DNA of 64,000 nucleotides from Candidatus Avelusimicrobium gallicola (GTDB taxonomy: Bacteria; Elusimicrobiota; Elusimicrobia; Elusimicrobiales; UBA9959). Positions 17,863 to 26,379 of the stretch are shown one piece after another (the stretch's first letter is position 1; each line of letters starts with the position of its first letter). Where the stretch lies: NCBI GenBank assembly GCA_020722185.1, contig DYLH01000002.1:6312-70311 (forward strand), given 5' to 3'. Under the pieces are notes generated by a model, which worked only from the letters and a program-made list of their open reading frames with translations, did not search any database and had not been told where the DNA came from. Both the position numbers and the translations under genes were made by a program.

Positions 17863-19274
17863 TATTCCTCTGTTTTAAAGCCCCTTTTGGAGAGAAATGC
17901 CGCCAGCCCTATGTATGGTTTAGATATTATGGAAAGCATTTCTTTTTTTATTTTGGGGCTTGTTTTAAGTTTTTTGATAAATGAAATAATTTGACCTTTT
18001 GTTACTTTTCTTCCTCTTGTCAAATCTTTTAAGGTTTCGTAAGGATTGGGATAATTTTCTCTCCTTAAAATTGTCTGTATAGCCTCAGCGTAAACCTCGG
18101 GATGCGACGCAAGCACTTCAAAAGATTTATCCTCATTGACTTTTATTTTTTCAAGTCCCCTTAGAAGAGATTTGTATCCCATTAAAGAATAGCCAAAAAT
18201 GCATCCTATGCTTCTTTCCACAGTTGAGTCTGATAAATCTCTCTGTAGTCTTGACTTTGGCAGTTTTTCGCACATAAAAGAAAGCATTGAACAGGCAAGA
18301 GAGAGATTCCCCTCCGAATTTTCAAAATCTATGGGATTTACCTTGTGGGGCATAGTAGATGACCCTATTTCTCCTTTTACTGGGACCTGCACAATCAGTT
18401 CGTCACTTATATATCTCCAAATGTCTTGATTGAAGGATATGAGTATTTGATTTAGATGATTCATTTTATGGAAAAGCGAAACCCATGAGTCGTGATTCTC
18501 GATTTGGGTTGTATAAAGATTTGTTTCAAGATTTAAGTCAAAAATTGAAGCAATTTTTTTGGTAAATTTTTCACTGAAGGCAGGCCAATTTACTGAAGGG
18601 AAAGCGCAATATAGGGCATTGTAATTGCCCACAGCTCCATTTAGCTTTATTGAAAAGCGCGATAGATAAAGCTCCTGTCTTAATTTTTTTACTCTTTCAT
18701 AAAAAATCCTAAACTCCTTGCCAAAGGTCGTTCCAATGGCTGGTTGGCCATGTGTTCTGGCAAGAAGAGGAGTATCTGAGTAATTGATTGAAAATTCTTT
18801 CAATTTTTTGAGTATGGCATCTATAGCTGGAATTATTTCATTTTTAAGAGATAGTGATATCATCAGAGAGTAAGATATATTGTTTATATCTTCAGAAGTG
18901 ATACCAAAGTGTAGAAATGAGCGGTATTTGGCAAGTTTTTTTTCTTTCAGAAGTTTAGCCAGATAATACTCTACCGCTTTTACATCGTGATTTGTAGCAG
19001 GATGGCCATCAAGTCCAGAGAATTCTATTTTTTTTACAGTGAAGGCATTCTCTTCTCTGTTCTTGTAAATAGTTCTAAGTTCCTCTTGTTTTGCAGATTT
19101 AAGAGGTCTGATCGCAGCTTTTCCTTTCAATTCATTTAGAAGGAAAATTAAATATTCTACTTCAGATATTATTCGAAAATTTATAAGAGCTTCCTCTGAA
19201 AAATAAGCGCTCAAATTCCCCATTTTATTGGCATATCTTCCATCAAGTGGGCACAGAGCTTGTAGTTTTTCCAT
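17862..19274 (-). CDS. purB: Adenylosuccinate lyase
   Basis: 470 aa. It carries the fumarate-lyase family signature GSSTMPHKVNP and begins MEKLQALCPLDGRY. Its stop codon shares one nt with the purA ATG. Confidence 0.9.
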   Translation of the reverse strand: MEKLQALCPLDGRYANKMGNLSAYFSEEALINFRIISEVEYLIFLLNELKGKAAIRPLKSAKQEELRTIYKNREENAFTVKKIEFSGLDGHPATNHDVKAVEYYLAKLLKEKKLAKYRSFLHFGITSEDINNISYSLMISLSLKNEIIPAIDAILKKLKEFSINYSDTPLLARTHGQPAIGTTFGKEFRIFYERVKKLRQELYLSRFSIKLNGAVGNYNALYCAFPSVNWPAFSEKFTKKIASIFDLNLETNLYTTQIENHDSWVSLFHKMNHLNQILISFNQDIWRYISDELIVQVPVKGEIGSSTMPHKVNPIDFENSEGNLSLACSMLSFMCEKLPKSRLQRDLSDSTVERSIGCIFGYSLMGYKSLLRGLEKIKVNEDKSFEVLASHPEVYAEAIQTILRRENYPNPYETLKDLTRGRKVTKGQIISFIKKLKTSPKIKKEMLSIISKPYIGLAAFLSKRGFKTEE

Positions 19275-19332
19275 AGGATTAATATTATCAAAATAGCAGT
19301 TTTAGTTCAATTGAGAAAGTATATAAAGTGAT

Positions 19333-20802
19333 ATGAAAAGCTCTTTTTTATGTAAAATTATACAGATGGGCGAAAATAAAAAAGAGAAAACTATGTATAG
19401 GTTTTATAACCTTGTTTTTCTGCTTTATTTTTTCCCATTTTTATTGGTTTTTTTATTAGTGGAAATATTTTTTAAGACCTCATTTGCAAAATTACTGCTA
19501 TTTTCTTTAGTATCTTTTTCTCTTTTGCTTGTTTCCTATTTTATTTTGAGAAAAATGATAAAGGAATGGTTTATAGAACCATTTATATCTGTATATTTGC
19601 CTGTTAAAGAATTTTTGAAGACCAAATCCTTAATTAAACCTATAGAACCAAAAGGACCTATTGAGGTGAGGGAAATATTGTCTGATTTCAATAGGCTTAT
19701 GCTTGAACTTCAAGCATATCGCGCTTTCAGAATAGATAAAATAGTGGATGAAAATAATAAAGCCAAAGCTTTAGCTGATATAGTGCCTGATGCTGCGATT
19801 CTTGCAGATGAGAACAATAGAGTCATTTACTTCAATGAAAGGGCAAAGATTTTACTTAATATTAGAAGGGACAAAGAACAAAGAATCCCAGACTGTGTGG
19901 GAGAAGAGCATTTTTACAAGGTTTTATCTGAGATATTTGAGGCAAAGAAAAAATCTGATTTTTTTGAATTAGATCTGGATATGGGAGATAAGGGTAAGAA
20001 ATCATATCTTTTGATATCAAAGTTGTTCAATATTTCATCTTTGAAAAAGAACGGCATAGCTGTAGTAATAAGGGATATAACTAAAGATAAAGAGTTTGAA
20101 GCGGCAAAGGATGATTTCTTTCATATGATAACCCACGATATGCGCGCGCCTATCTCTACTATTGAAGGATATTGCTCCATGATTGAGAGAAAAATACAAA
20201 AAACTGAAGAAATTGAAAAATACTTCCAAAAAGTATTTTATTCTTCAAAGAAATTAAAAGGCATGGTTGAGGATACACTTAACTATAGAAAGTTAAAAGA
20301 GAAGAAAGCTATTTTGAATTTAGCTATTAATCAGGCATGCGAAATAATAGAAAAAGTTGTTGATGAGCATATGCCAGCAGCTTCTGCCAGAAATATCAAG
20401 ATCTCAGTTGAATGCGAAAAAAACACTGCCATATTTGTCGATGCTAATTTAATTGAAAGAGCTATCTCTAATCTTATTGGCAATGCTGTAAAATTTACTC
20501 CCTCGTTTGGAAATATATGGCTGAAGTTTTGGCAGGATGACAAGTACTGGTTTTTTTCGGTTAAAGACGATGGCCCAGGTATAACCGAGGATAGGAAAAA
20601 TATGGTATTTGAAAAATACATAAGCTATGATGATAACAACAATAGAGGTTTTGGTTTAGGGCTTGCTTTATGCAAAATGGTTGCCGAGGTTCATAAAGGT
20701 GAAATTAGTGTAAAATCCAATCCCGGAAAAGGAAGTGAGTTTTTTATTTCTATATCAAAAAATCTTAGCGGAGATAAAAATGAAAAAAATACTGATAATT
20801 GA
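19333..20802 (+). CDS. Membrane-bound PAS sensor histidine kinase
   Basis: Two N-terminal TM helices, a PAS-like segment (DAAILADENNRVIYFNERA), H-box FHMITHDMRAPIS, N-box NLIGNAVKFT, G1 DDGPGI and G2 GFGLGLAL. The start is ambiguous (ATG at 19333, 19366 or 19393). Confidence 0.85.
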   Translation: MKSSFLCKIIQMGENKKEKTMYRFYNLVFLLYFFPFLLVFLLVEIFFKTSFAKLLLFSLVSFSLLLVSYFILRKMIKEWFIEPFISVYLPVKEFLKTKSLIKPIEPKGPIEVREILSDFNRLMLELQAYRAFRIDKIVDENNKAKALADIVPDAAILADENNRVIYFNERAKILLNIRRDKEQRIPDCVGEEHFYKVLSEIFEAKKKSDFFELDLDMGDKGKKSYLLISKLFNISSLKKNGIAVVIRDITKDKEFEAAKDDFFHMITHDMRAPISTIEGYCSMIERKIQKTEEIEKYFQKVFYSSKKLKGMVEDTLNYRKLKEKKAILNLAINQACEIIEKVVDEHMPAASARNIKISVECEKNTAIFVDANLIERAISNLIGNAVKFTPSFGNIWLKFWQDDKYWFFSVKDDGPGITEDRKNMVFEKYISYDDNNNRGFGLGLALCKMVAEVHKGEISVKSNPGKGSEFFISISKNLSGDKNEKNTDN

Positions 20803-21151
20803 CGACAATGAGGAATTTAAGGAATTTATTAGAGATTATTTTTCATCTATAGGCTATGATATTGTTTTGTGCGGAAACGCAAAAGATGGAGTATCAGCCG
20901 CTGTTCGTGAAAAACCAGACCTGATATTTCTTGATGTTATGATGCCGGAGAAAACCGGGATAGAGATAATAAGGGAATTTCAGGAATATGAAGAAATAAA
21001 AAAAGTGCCAGTCATTGTATTAACTGGCACTTATCTTGAAAGCAATATGAAAGAGATATTTTCTATTGAACCAAATTGTAGAGCTTTTCTGGCAAAAACA
21101 GTGGATATTTCTTTATTGGAGAAAAAAGTTTTTGAGTTAATAGGTAAATAA
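20780..21151 (+). CDS. Single-domain (CheY-like) response regulator
   Basis: 123 aa from the ATG at 20780 (MKKILIIDDNEEF), with DLIFLDVMMPEKTG as the phospho-acceptor Asp context. No output domain is present. It overlaps the kinase 3' end. Confidence 0.85.
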   Translation: MKKILIIDDNEEFKEFIRDYFSSIGYDIVLCGNAKDGVSAAVREKPDLIFLDVMMPEKTGIEIIREFQEYEEIKKVPVIVLTGTYLESNMKEIFSIEPNCRAFLAKTVDISLLEKKVFELIGK

Positions 21152-21198
21152 GACAATGCGTGAAAGACTTAAAAGCAAAGTTAAATCTTTTATTTTTT

Positions 21199-21206
21199 TG
21201 TATAAT
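21199..21206 (+). promoter_or_regulatory. Candidate -10 element (TGTATAAT) for the rib leader
   Basis: TATAAT at 21201-21206 is preceded by TG. No good -35 is visible. It lies about 110 nt upstream of the FMN aptamer. Confidence 0.3.
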
Positions 21207-21207
21207 T

Positions 21208-21219
21208 TAAATAGGGTTC
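21208..21219 (+). repeat. Left arm of a 12-nt inverted repeat flanking the FMN riboswitch (TAAATAGGGTTC)
   Basis: The exact reverse complement GAACCCTATTTA occurs at 21472-21483. Confidence 0.7.
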
Positions 21220-21315
21220 CCTGAAAAAGTCTAGCGGAAAGTCGTTTTATCTATTCAAAAATTAAATAGAAAAACTATTTTATAACTTTCCTTTAGATTT
21301 CTTTAGGGAACCTGA

Positions 21316-21448
21316 TTATTCTTCGGGGCAGGTGAAATTCCTGACCGGCGGTGAAGGCCTTTTAAGGCATGAGCCCGCTAATCCAGCACTTGGACCGAAA
21401 CGGTTTGAATCCGTTGCCGACGGTAAAGTCCGGATGGTAGAAGAATAG
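21316..21448 (+). promoter_or_regulatory. FMN riboswitch (RFN element) aptamer
   Basis: The P1 helix is ATTCTTC...GAAGAAT. Conserved core strings are CGGGGCAGGTGAAATTCCTGACCGGCGGT, AGCCCGC, GTTTGAATCCGTTGCCGACGGTAAAGTCCGGATGG and AGAAGAA. It sits directly upstream of ribBA. Confidence 0.95.
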
Positions 21449-21471
21449 ATTTTTCTATTTAGGGTTCTATG

Positions 21472-21483
21472 GAACCCTATTTA
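21472..21483 (+). repeat. Right arm of the 12-nt inverted repeat (GAACCCTATTTA)
   Basis: It is the reverse complement of 21208-21219. It also forms the 3' half of a local hairpin, TAGGGTTC-TATG-GAACCCTA (21460-21479). Confidence 0.7.
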
Positions 21484-21514
21484 TACCCGGAGATTTTCCG
21501 GGTATTTTTGTTTT
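21483..21514 (+). terminator. Intrinsic terminator of the FMN riboswitch expression platform
   Basis: ATACCCGG (21483-21490) pairs with CCGGGTAT (21498-21505) around a 7-nt loop, followed by TTTTTGTTTT. The ribBA RBS AAGGAG follows. Confidence 0.75.
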
Positions 21515-21531
21515 AAGGAGAGTAAATATTT

Positions 21532-22722
21532 ATGTTTAGCAATATTGAAGATGCCATAAAAGATTTTGAAAAAGGAAAATTTTTAATAGTTACCGACGAT
21601 TCTGACAGAGAAAATGAAGGGGATCTGGTTTTGGCTGCGGCAAAGGCCAATGCTTCAAAAGTTAATTTTATGATAAAAGAAGGAAGAGGACTTCTCTGCG
21701 CTCCAGTTTCTTCTCGTATTTGTAAAAAATTGGGGCTTTATAAAATGGATAAGTTAAATAATGATCCTTACAAAACAAATTGGCTTATAACAGTTGATGC
21801 CAAAGACAAAGTTACTACCGGTATTTCTGCTCATGATAGAGCTAGAACTCTTCTTGCATTGGCATCTAAAAAAAGTTCTGCCAATGATTTTACCAGGCCT
21901 GGCCATATACTCCCCCTTCTTGCGAGAGAAGGAGGTGTTCTTTCAAGAGCTGGACATACAGAGGCTGCTGTTGATTTATGTTCCCTATCTAGATTGCCTG
22001 AAGCTGCCGCTATATGCGAGATAATGAATGAAGACGGCACTATGGCTCGTCTGCCTCAGCTTAAAGCATTTGCAAAAAAACATTCGATTAAGATTATTTC
22101 AATAGAGAGACTCATCGCATATAGGCGAAGCAAAGAAAAGCTGATTGAATTTATTTCTCAGGCAAATCTTCCAACAAAATATGGCGAATTTTTACTAAAA
22201 ATTTATAGAGAAAAATTAACTGGTCTTGAACATGTAGCATTGATAAAGGGGCCTATCAAAAAAAATGAGGCTGTTTTAATGAGAATACATTCTGAGTGTT
22301 TGACCGGAGATGTGCTTTGCTCGCTTAGATGCGATTGTGGACCACAACTTAATGAAAGTCTTAGAGCAATAGCCGAAAATGGCAGCGGGGTTTTGCTTTA
22401 TATGCGCCAGGAAGGACGCGGTATAGGGCTTGGCAATAAAATAAAGGCTTATAATCTTCAGGACAAGGGGCTGGATACGGTGCAAGCCAATGAGGCGCTT
22501 GGGTTCAAGCCTGATCTGCGCGATTATGGCGTTGGGGCTCAGATAATATGTGATCTGGGAATAAAGAAGATAAAGCTTATGACAAATAATCCAAAGAAAG
22601 TTGTTGGGCTAAAAGGTTATGGCATTGAAATAGAGAAAATAGTGCCTATAAGAATTAAGCCAAATAAGTTCAATGAAAAGTATATGAAAACTAAAAAAGA
22701 AAAAATGGGACATTGGATTTAG
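21532..22722 (+). CDS. ribBA: Bifunctional 3,4-dihydroxy-2-butanone-4-phosphate synthase / GTP cyclohydrolase II
   Basis: The N-terminal half has TDDSDRENEGDLV. The C-terminal half has RIHSECLTGDVLCSLRCDCGPQL and QEGRGIGL. Confidence 0.95.
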   Translation: MFSNIEDAIKDFEKGKFLIVTDDSDRENEGDLVLAAAKANASKVNFMIKEGRGLLCAPVSSRICKKLGLYKMDKLNNDPYKTNWLITVDAKDKVTTGISAHDRARTLLALASKKSSANDFTRPGHILPLLAREGGVLSRAGHTEAAVDLCSLSRLPEAAAICEIMNEDGTMARLPQLKAFAKKHSIKIISIERLIAYRRSKEKLIEFISQANLPTKYGEFLLKIYREKLTGLEHVALIKGPIKKNEAVLMRIHSECLTGDVLCSLRCDCGPQLNESLRAIAENGSGVLLYMRQEGRGIGLGNKIKAYNLQDKGLDTVQANEALGFKPDLRDYGVGAQIICDLGIKKIKLMTNNPKKVVGLKGYGIEIEKIVPIRIKPNKFNEKYMKTKKEKMGHWI

Positions 22723-22740
22723 TTCGTATAAGGAGGAAAA

Positions 22741-23205
22741 ATGAAAATTATAGAAGGAAAACTAAGTGCTAAGGGAATGAAATTCGCTCTGGTTTGCTCC
22801 AGATTCAATTCCTTTTTGACGGATAAACTTATAGAGGGGGCTGTGGATTGCTTGAAGAGACATGAAGTTGATGAAGACTCTTTAACCTTAGTTAGAACTC
22901 CCGGCTCATATGAGTTGCCCTTTGTATCAGTAAAGCTTGCAAATTCAAAGAAATATGACGCTATAATCGCACTTGGCGTAATAATAAGGGGAGATACCCC
23001 TCACTTTGATTTTGTTGCCACACAAACCGCAAAAGGTCTTGCTCAGGCTTCTTTTGAGAGTGGAATTCCTGTGGCTTTTGGTATTGTCACTGCTGATAAT
23101 CTGGAACAGGCGATAGAGAGATGTGGAGTAAAACATGGGAATAAAGGCTTTGATGCGGCCATGACAGCCATAGAGATGGCGGGACTTTACAAAATATTGA
23201 TATAG
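22741..23205 (+). CDS. ribH: 6,7-dimethyl-8-ribityllumazine synthase
   Basis: 154 aa. Sequence reads FALVCSRFNSFLTDKLIEGA, VRTPGSYELP and ALGVIIRGDTPHFDFV. The RBS is AAGGAGGA. Confidence 0.95.
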   Translation: MKIIEGKLSAKGMKFALVCSRFNSFLTDKLIEGAVDCLKRHEVDEDSLTLVRTPGSYELPFVSVKLANSKKYDAIIALGVIIRGDTPHFDFVATQTAKGLAQASFESGIPVAFGIVTADNLEQAIERCGVKHGNKGFDAAMTAIEMAGLYKILI

Positions 23206-23245
23206 GGTTCATCGAAAAGGCTAAAGCGTAGAAAATAGAAATCTT

Positions 23246-24331
23246 ATGACAGATGAAGAAATAATGGCGGAAGCTATTAGAGAGGCAAAAAAAGGTTTTC
23301 CTCTGGCCTTTCCCAATCCACTTGTAGGATGTGTGGTAGTAAGAAATGGAAAAATAATAGCTCGGGGGCATCATGCCTTTTTTGGAGGTCCTCATGCCGA
23401 GGTGAATGCGGCAAAAAAATGCAGCTATAATTTAAGGAATGCTTCTGTCTATGTAACTATGGAACCGTGCTCTTCCAGAGCCAAAAAAACTCCCCCATGC
23501 ACTGATCTTTTACTGAGTTTAAGGCCTGAAAAGGTGATAATAGGCGATTTAGATCCCAATCCTATTCACAATGGAAGAGGTGTTGAAATATTGAGAAAGT
23601 CTGGCATAAAGGTTAAAATTGGAGTCTTGAAAAAGGAATGCCAAAACCTAAATCCTGCTTTTTACAAAAATATGAAAGAAAAACTCCCATATATTATATT
23701 GAAAATGGCTCAAAGTATAAATGGAAAAATAGCTGACAATAGAGGGAATTCAAAGTGGATTTCATCTGAAAAATCTAGAGAATATTCCCACAAATTTCTA
23801 AGAGCGGCTTGTGGGTGCATAATTTCGGGAGTCGAAACAATTATCAAAGATGATCCAGAACTTACAGTTCGCAATGTGAAAATACAGTCTCAGCCAGCTG
23901 TTTGCGTTATAGATCCTAATTTGAGAACTCCAATATCTGCCAGAATTTTTAAGGCGAAAAGGACTGTTTATCTAATTTCGCTCTACAATGCCAAAAATAA
24001 AAATTATCCAGAAAATGTAAGTGTAATAAGAATGGGTAAAAAAGAAGATGGTTTCCAAATAATTGATATATTGAAAACACTTTATGAAAAAGGAATAAGA
24101 AGCGTGCTTGTTGAAGGTGGTGGAAAAACTCATGGGCAATTCATAAGGAGCGGGCTTTTCGACAAAATATTTGTCTTTATCTCTCCCATGATTATAGGAC
24201 AAGAAAATGCAATTTCCTCAGTCTCATGGACAGACAGATTTTCCCCCAAAAAAGGGCTTGGGATCGCTGTCAAGCCTGAGGATATTAAATCTCTTGGACC
24301 TGATTTGCTTTTAATATATGGGAAAAAATGA
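23246..24331 (+). CDS. ribD: Riboflavin biosynthesis deaminase/reductase
   Basis: The deaminase zinc motifs are HAEVNA and MEPC...PPC. The C-terminal reductase domain reads ILKMAQSINGKIA and LVEGGGKTHG. Confidence 0.9.
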   Translation: MTDEEIMAEAIREAKKGFPLAFPNPLVGCVVVRNGKIIARGHHAFFGGPHAEVNAAKKCSYNLRNASVYVTMEPCSSRAKKTPPCTDLLLSLRPEKVIIGDLDPNPIHNGRGVEILRKSGIKVKIGVLKKECQNLNPAFYKNMKEKLPYIILKMAQSINGKIADNRGNSKWISSEKSREYSHKFLRAACGCIISGVETIIKDDPELTVRNVKIQSQPAVCVIDPNLRTPISARIFKAKRTVYLISLYNAKNKNYPENVSVIRMGKKEDGFQIIDILKTLYEKGIRSVLVEGGGKTHGQFIRSGLFDKIFVFISPMIIGQENAISSVSWTDRFSPKKGLGIAVKPEDIKSLGPDLLLIYGKK

Positions 24332-24332
24332 T

Positions 24333-24938
24333 ATGTTTACGGGATTGATTGAAAAAACAGCTAAGTTTATTGAGAAAAAAAATGGGTTTTTAAAAATTGA
24401 AAATCCCTTTGGTAGTGAAGTAACTAAAGGAGATAGTATTGCTGTAAATGGAGTTTGTCTAACAGTTGATAGTTTGGATAAAGAAAAACTTATATTCTCT
24501 GTTAGCAATGAAACATTAAGCAGGACTAATCTTGGCTTACTTAAAACCCTTTCGGTTGTAAACCTTGAAAGAGCGCTTAAACTATCTGACAGATTGGGCG
24601 GGCATTTTGTCACAGGACATGTGGATTCATTGGGAGAGCTTGAAAAAAATTCGATAGATGGAAATTCGCGTATTATGAAATTCACTTACCCAAATTCTTC
24701 CTTCACAGTGGAAAAAGGCTCCATTGCTGTAAATGGGATTTCCCTAACTTGCTACGACATAAGGAATGGCTCATTTAGAGTTTCTGTAATAGCTCATACT
24801 TTTGAAAATACAAATCTTAAATTTATGCGTGTAAGGGATAAAGTGAATCTGGAATTTGATTTGCTTGCCAAATATTCAAAAAATACAGCTAAAGTATCTA
24901 ATATCACTAAAGATTTTCTCAAAGAGAATGGATTTTAG
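24333..24938 (+). CDS. ribE: Riboflavin synthase (alpha chain)
   Basis: The canonical N-terminus MFTGLIE begins at the ATG at 24333, just after the ribD stop. The duplicated barrel motifs are GDSIAVNGVCLTV and GSIAVNGISLT. Confidence 0.9.
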   Translation: MFTGLIEKTAKFIEKKNGFLKIENPFGSEVTKGDSIAVNGVCLTVDSLDKEKLIFSVSNETLSRTNLGLLKTLSVVNLERALKLSDRLGGHFVTGHVDSLGELEKNSIDGNSRIMKFTYPNSSFTVEKGSIAVNGISLTCYDIRNGSFRVSVIAHTFENTNLKFMRVRDKVNLEFDLLAKYSKNTAKVSNITKDFLKENGF

Positions 24939-24972
24939 AAAGCCCAATTTTAGTTCCTAGAATGTTAATTTT

Positions 24973-26379
24973 TCAGTGCTTTAGAATATCTATTAGCGGT
25001 TGAGAGAAGAAACCAAGCAATAGAGTGGTAGCCGCCATAACTAATACTGTAAAGTTCCCATTGACGGATATTTTGTTTTGTGTTTCATCCCCCCCTTCTT
25101 TCATAAACATTGCAACTATCACTCCCAGATAATAGTAAAGAGATATTCCACTTGAAATTACAGCTATTATTACAGGCCATATCCAGCCAGCCTTTATGGC
25201 GGCGTAAAAAAGATAGAACTTACCAAAAAATCCTGACAATGGCGGCACTCCCGCAAGAGAAAAAAGAAATATTGCCATAGCAAATGACAAAACTGGATGA
25301 TTTGAAAAAAGACCATTTAATTCTTTAATTTCAAGTCCAGTTTCTTTTTTCTCAAGTAGTACTACTATTGTAAAAGCGCCAAAAACCGCCATAGAATAGG
25401 TTAAAAGATAGAAAAAAACCGGCCATCGTTCAAATATTAAAAAACCAAGTATTAGATATCCCGCATGAGAAACACTTGAGTAAGCCAGCATTCTTTTTAT
25501 ATTTTTTTGAGGCAAAGCCATCATATTAGCAAACAGCATTGTTATTGAGGCAAAAAAGGCTGTTATGTAGGTGAGTCTTAAATCATTGGATGTTATGAAA
25601 AGATTTAGCATCGCGGCTATTCCAGCTATTTTCACTACAGATGCCATAAAAGCAGTTACCTGTGTTGGAGCTCCTTCATATACATCAGGTGTCCAGAAAT
25701 GGAAAGGCATCAAGGCTATTTTAAATAGAAAGCCAATTAAAAGCATCAATATCCCTGTAAGAAGGATCTTATCCGCTCCTCCGTTGATAGTTATAAATTG
25801 ATTTATTTTTTCATAAGAAAGCGAGCCTGCGCTTCCATATACGAGAGCTATGCCCATCGCCATAAATATAGAAGCAAATGATCCAAGTAAAAAATATTTC
25901 AACGAAGCTTCGGCAGCAGCGTCTCTTCCTGTTATGCCGCTCAAAGAATATATAGACATAGAGAGTAGTTCAAGAGATATGAAAGCTGTAAGAACATCTT
26001 TAGCTGAGACCATAAACATGGCTCCCAAAGTTGCAGAGAGCAAAAGGAAATAGTATTCCCCCGCTTTTACTGATGGTTCTTTAATTCTAGAAGAAGATGA
26101 AATAATTGAAAAAATTGCAAGAATTAGAATAGTTGCCAAAATGAGTGAAATAGCAGGACTGGCATTAAGACTTAATGAAGGCAAATTGCCGTAAGCCGCA
26201 CTCCATGAGAAAAGAAAAGCAATGGCAGAAATTAGAAATATCAATGCGCCATACGAAGTCACCTTATAATTAGCCCGGTCTTTGAAATAAAGCCAAGATA
26301 TAAGTGAAACTCCAGCCCCCAATGCCACGAGTATATATGGACTCAAAACAGAAAAAAACATAAATGCCTCATTGTTCAT
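24973..26379 (-). CDS. nuoN: NADH-quinone oxidoreductase subunit N
   Basis: 468 aa polytopic antiporter-like protein of the ND2 family (FHFWTPDVYEGAPT). It is the last gene of the nuoA-N run. Confidence 0.9.
   Translation of the reverse strand: MNNEAFMFFSVLSPYILVALGAGVSLISWLYFKDRANYKVTSYGALIFLISAIAFLFSWSAAYGNLPSLSLNASPAISLILATILILAIFSIISSSSRIKEPSVKAGEYYFLLLSATLGAMFMVSAKDVLTAFISLELLSMSIYSLSGITGRDAAAEASLKYFLLGSFASIFMAMGIALVYGSAGSLSYEKINQFITINGGADKILLTGILMLLIGFLFKIALMPFHFWTPDVYEGAPTQVTAFMASVVKIAGIAAMLNLFITSNDLRLTYITAFFASITMLFANMMALPQKNIKRMLAYSSVSHAGYLILGFLIFERWPVFFYLLTYSMAVFGAFTIVVLLEKKETGLEIKELNGLFSNHPVLSFAMAIFLFSLAGVPPLSGFFGKFYLFYAAIKAGWIWPVIIAVISSGISLYYYLGVIVAMFMKEGGDETQNKISVNGNFTVLVMAATTLLLGFFSQPLIDILKH

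Noticed and set aside
19275-19332. I looked for a purine riboswitch upstream of purB and a lysine riboswitch upstream of the aspartokinase.
   Set aside because: The purB leader is short and AT-rich with no conserved aptamer strings. The aspartokinase has no leader at all, because its start overlaps the upstream stop.
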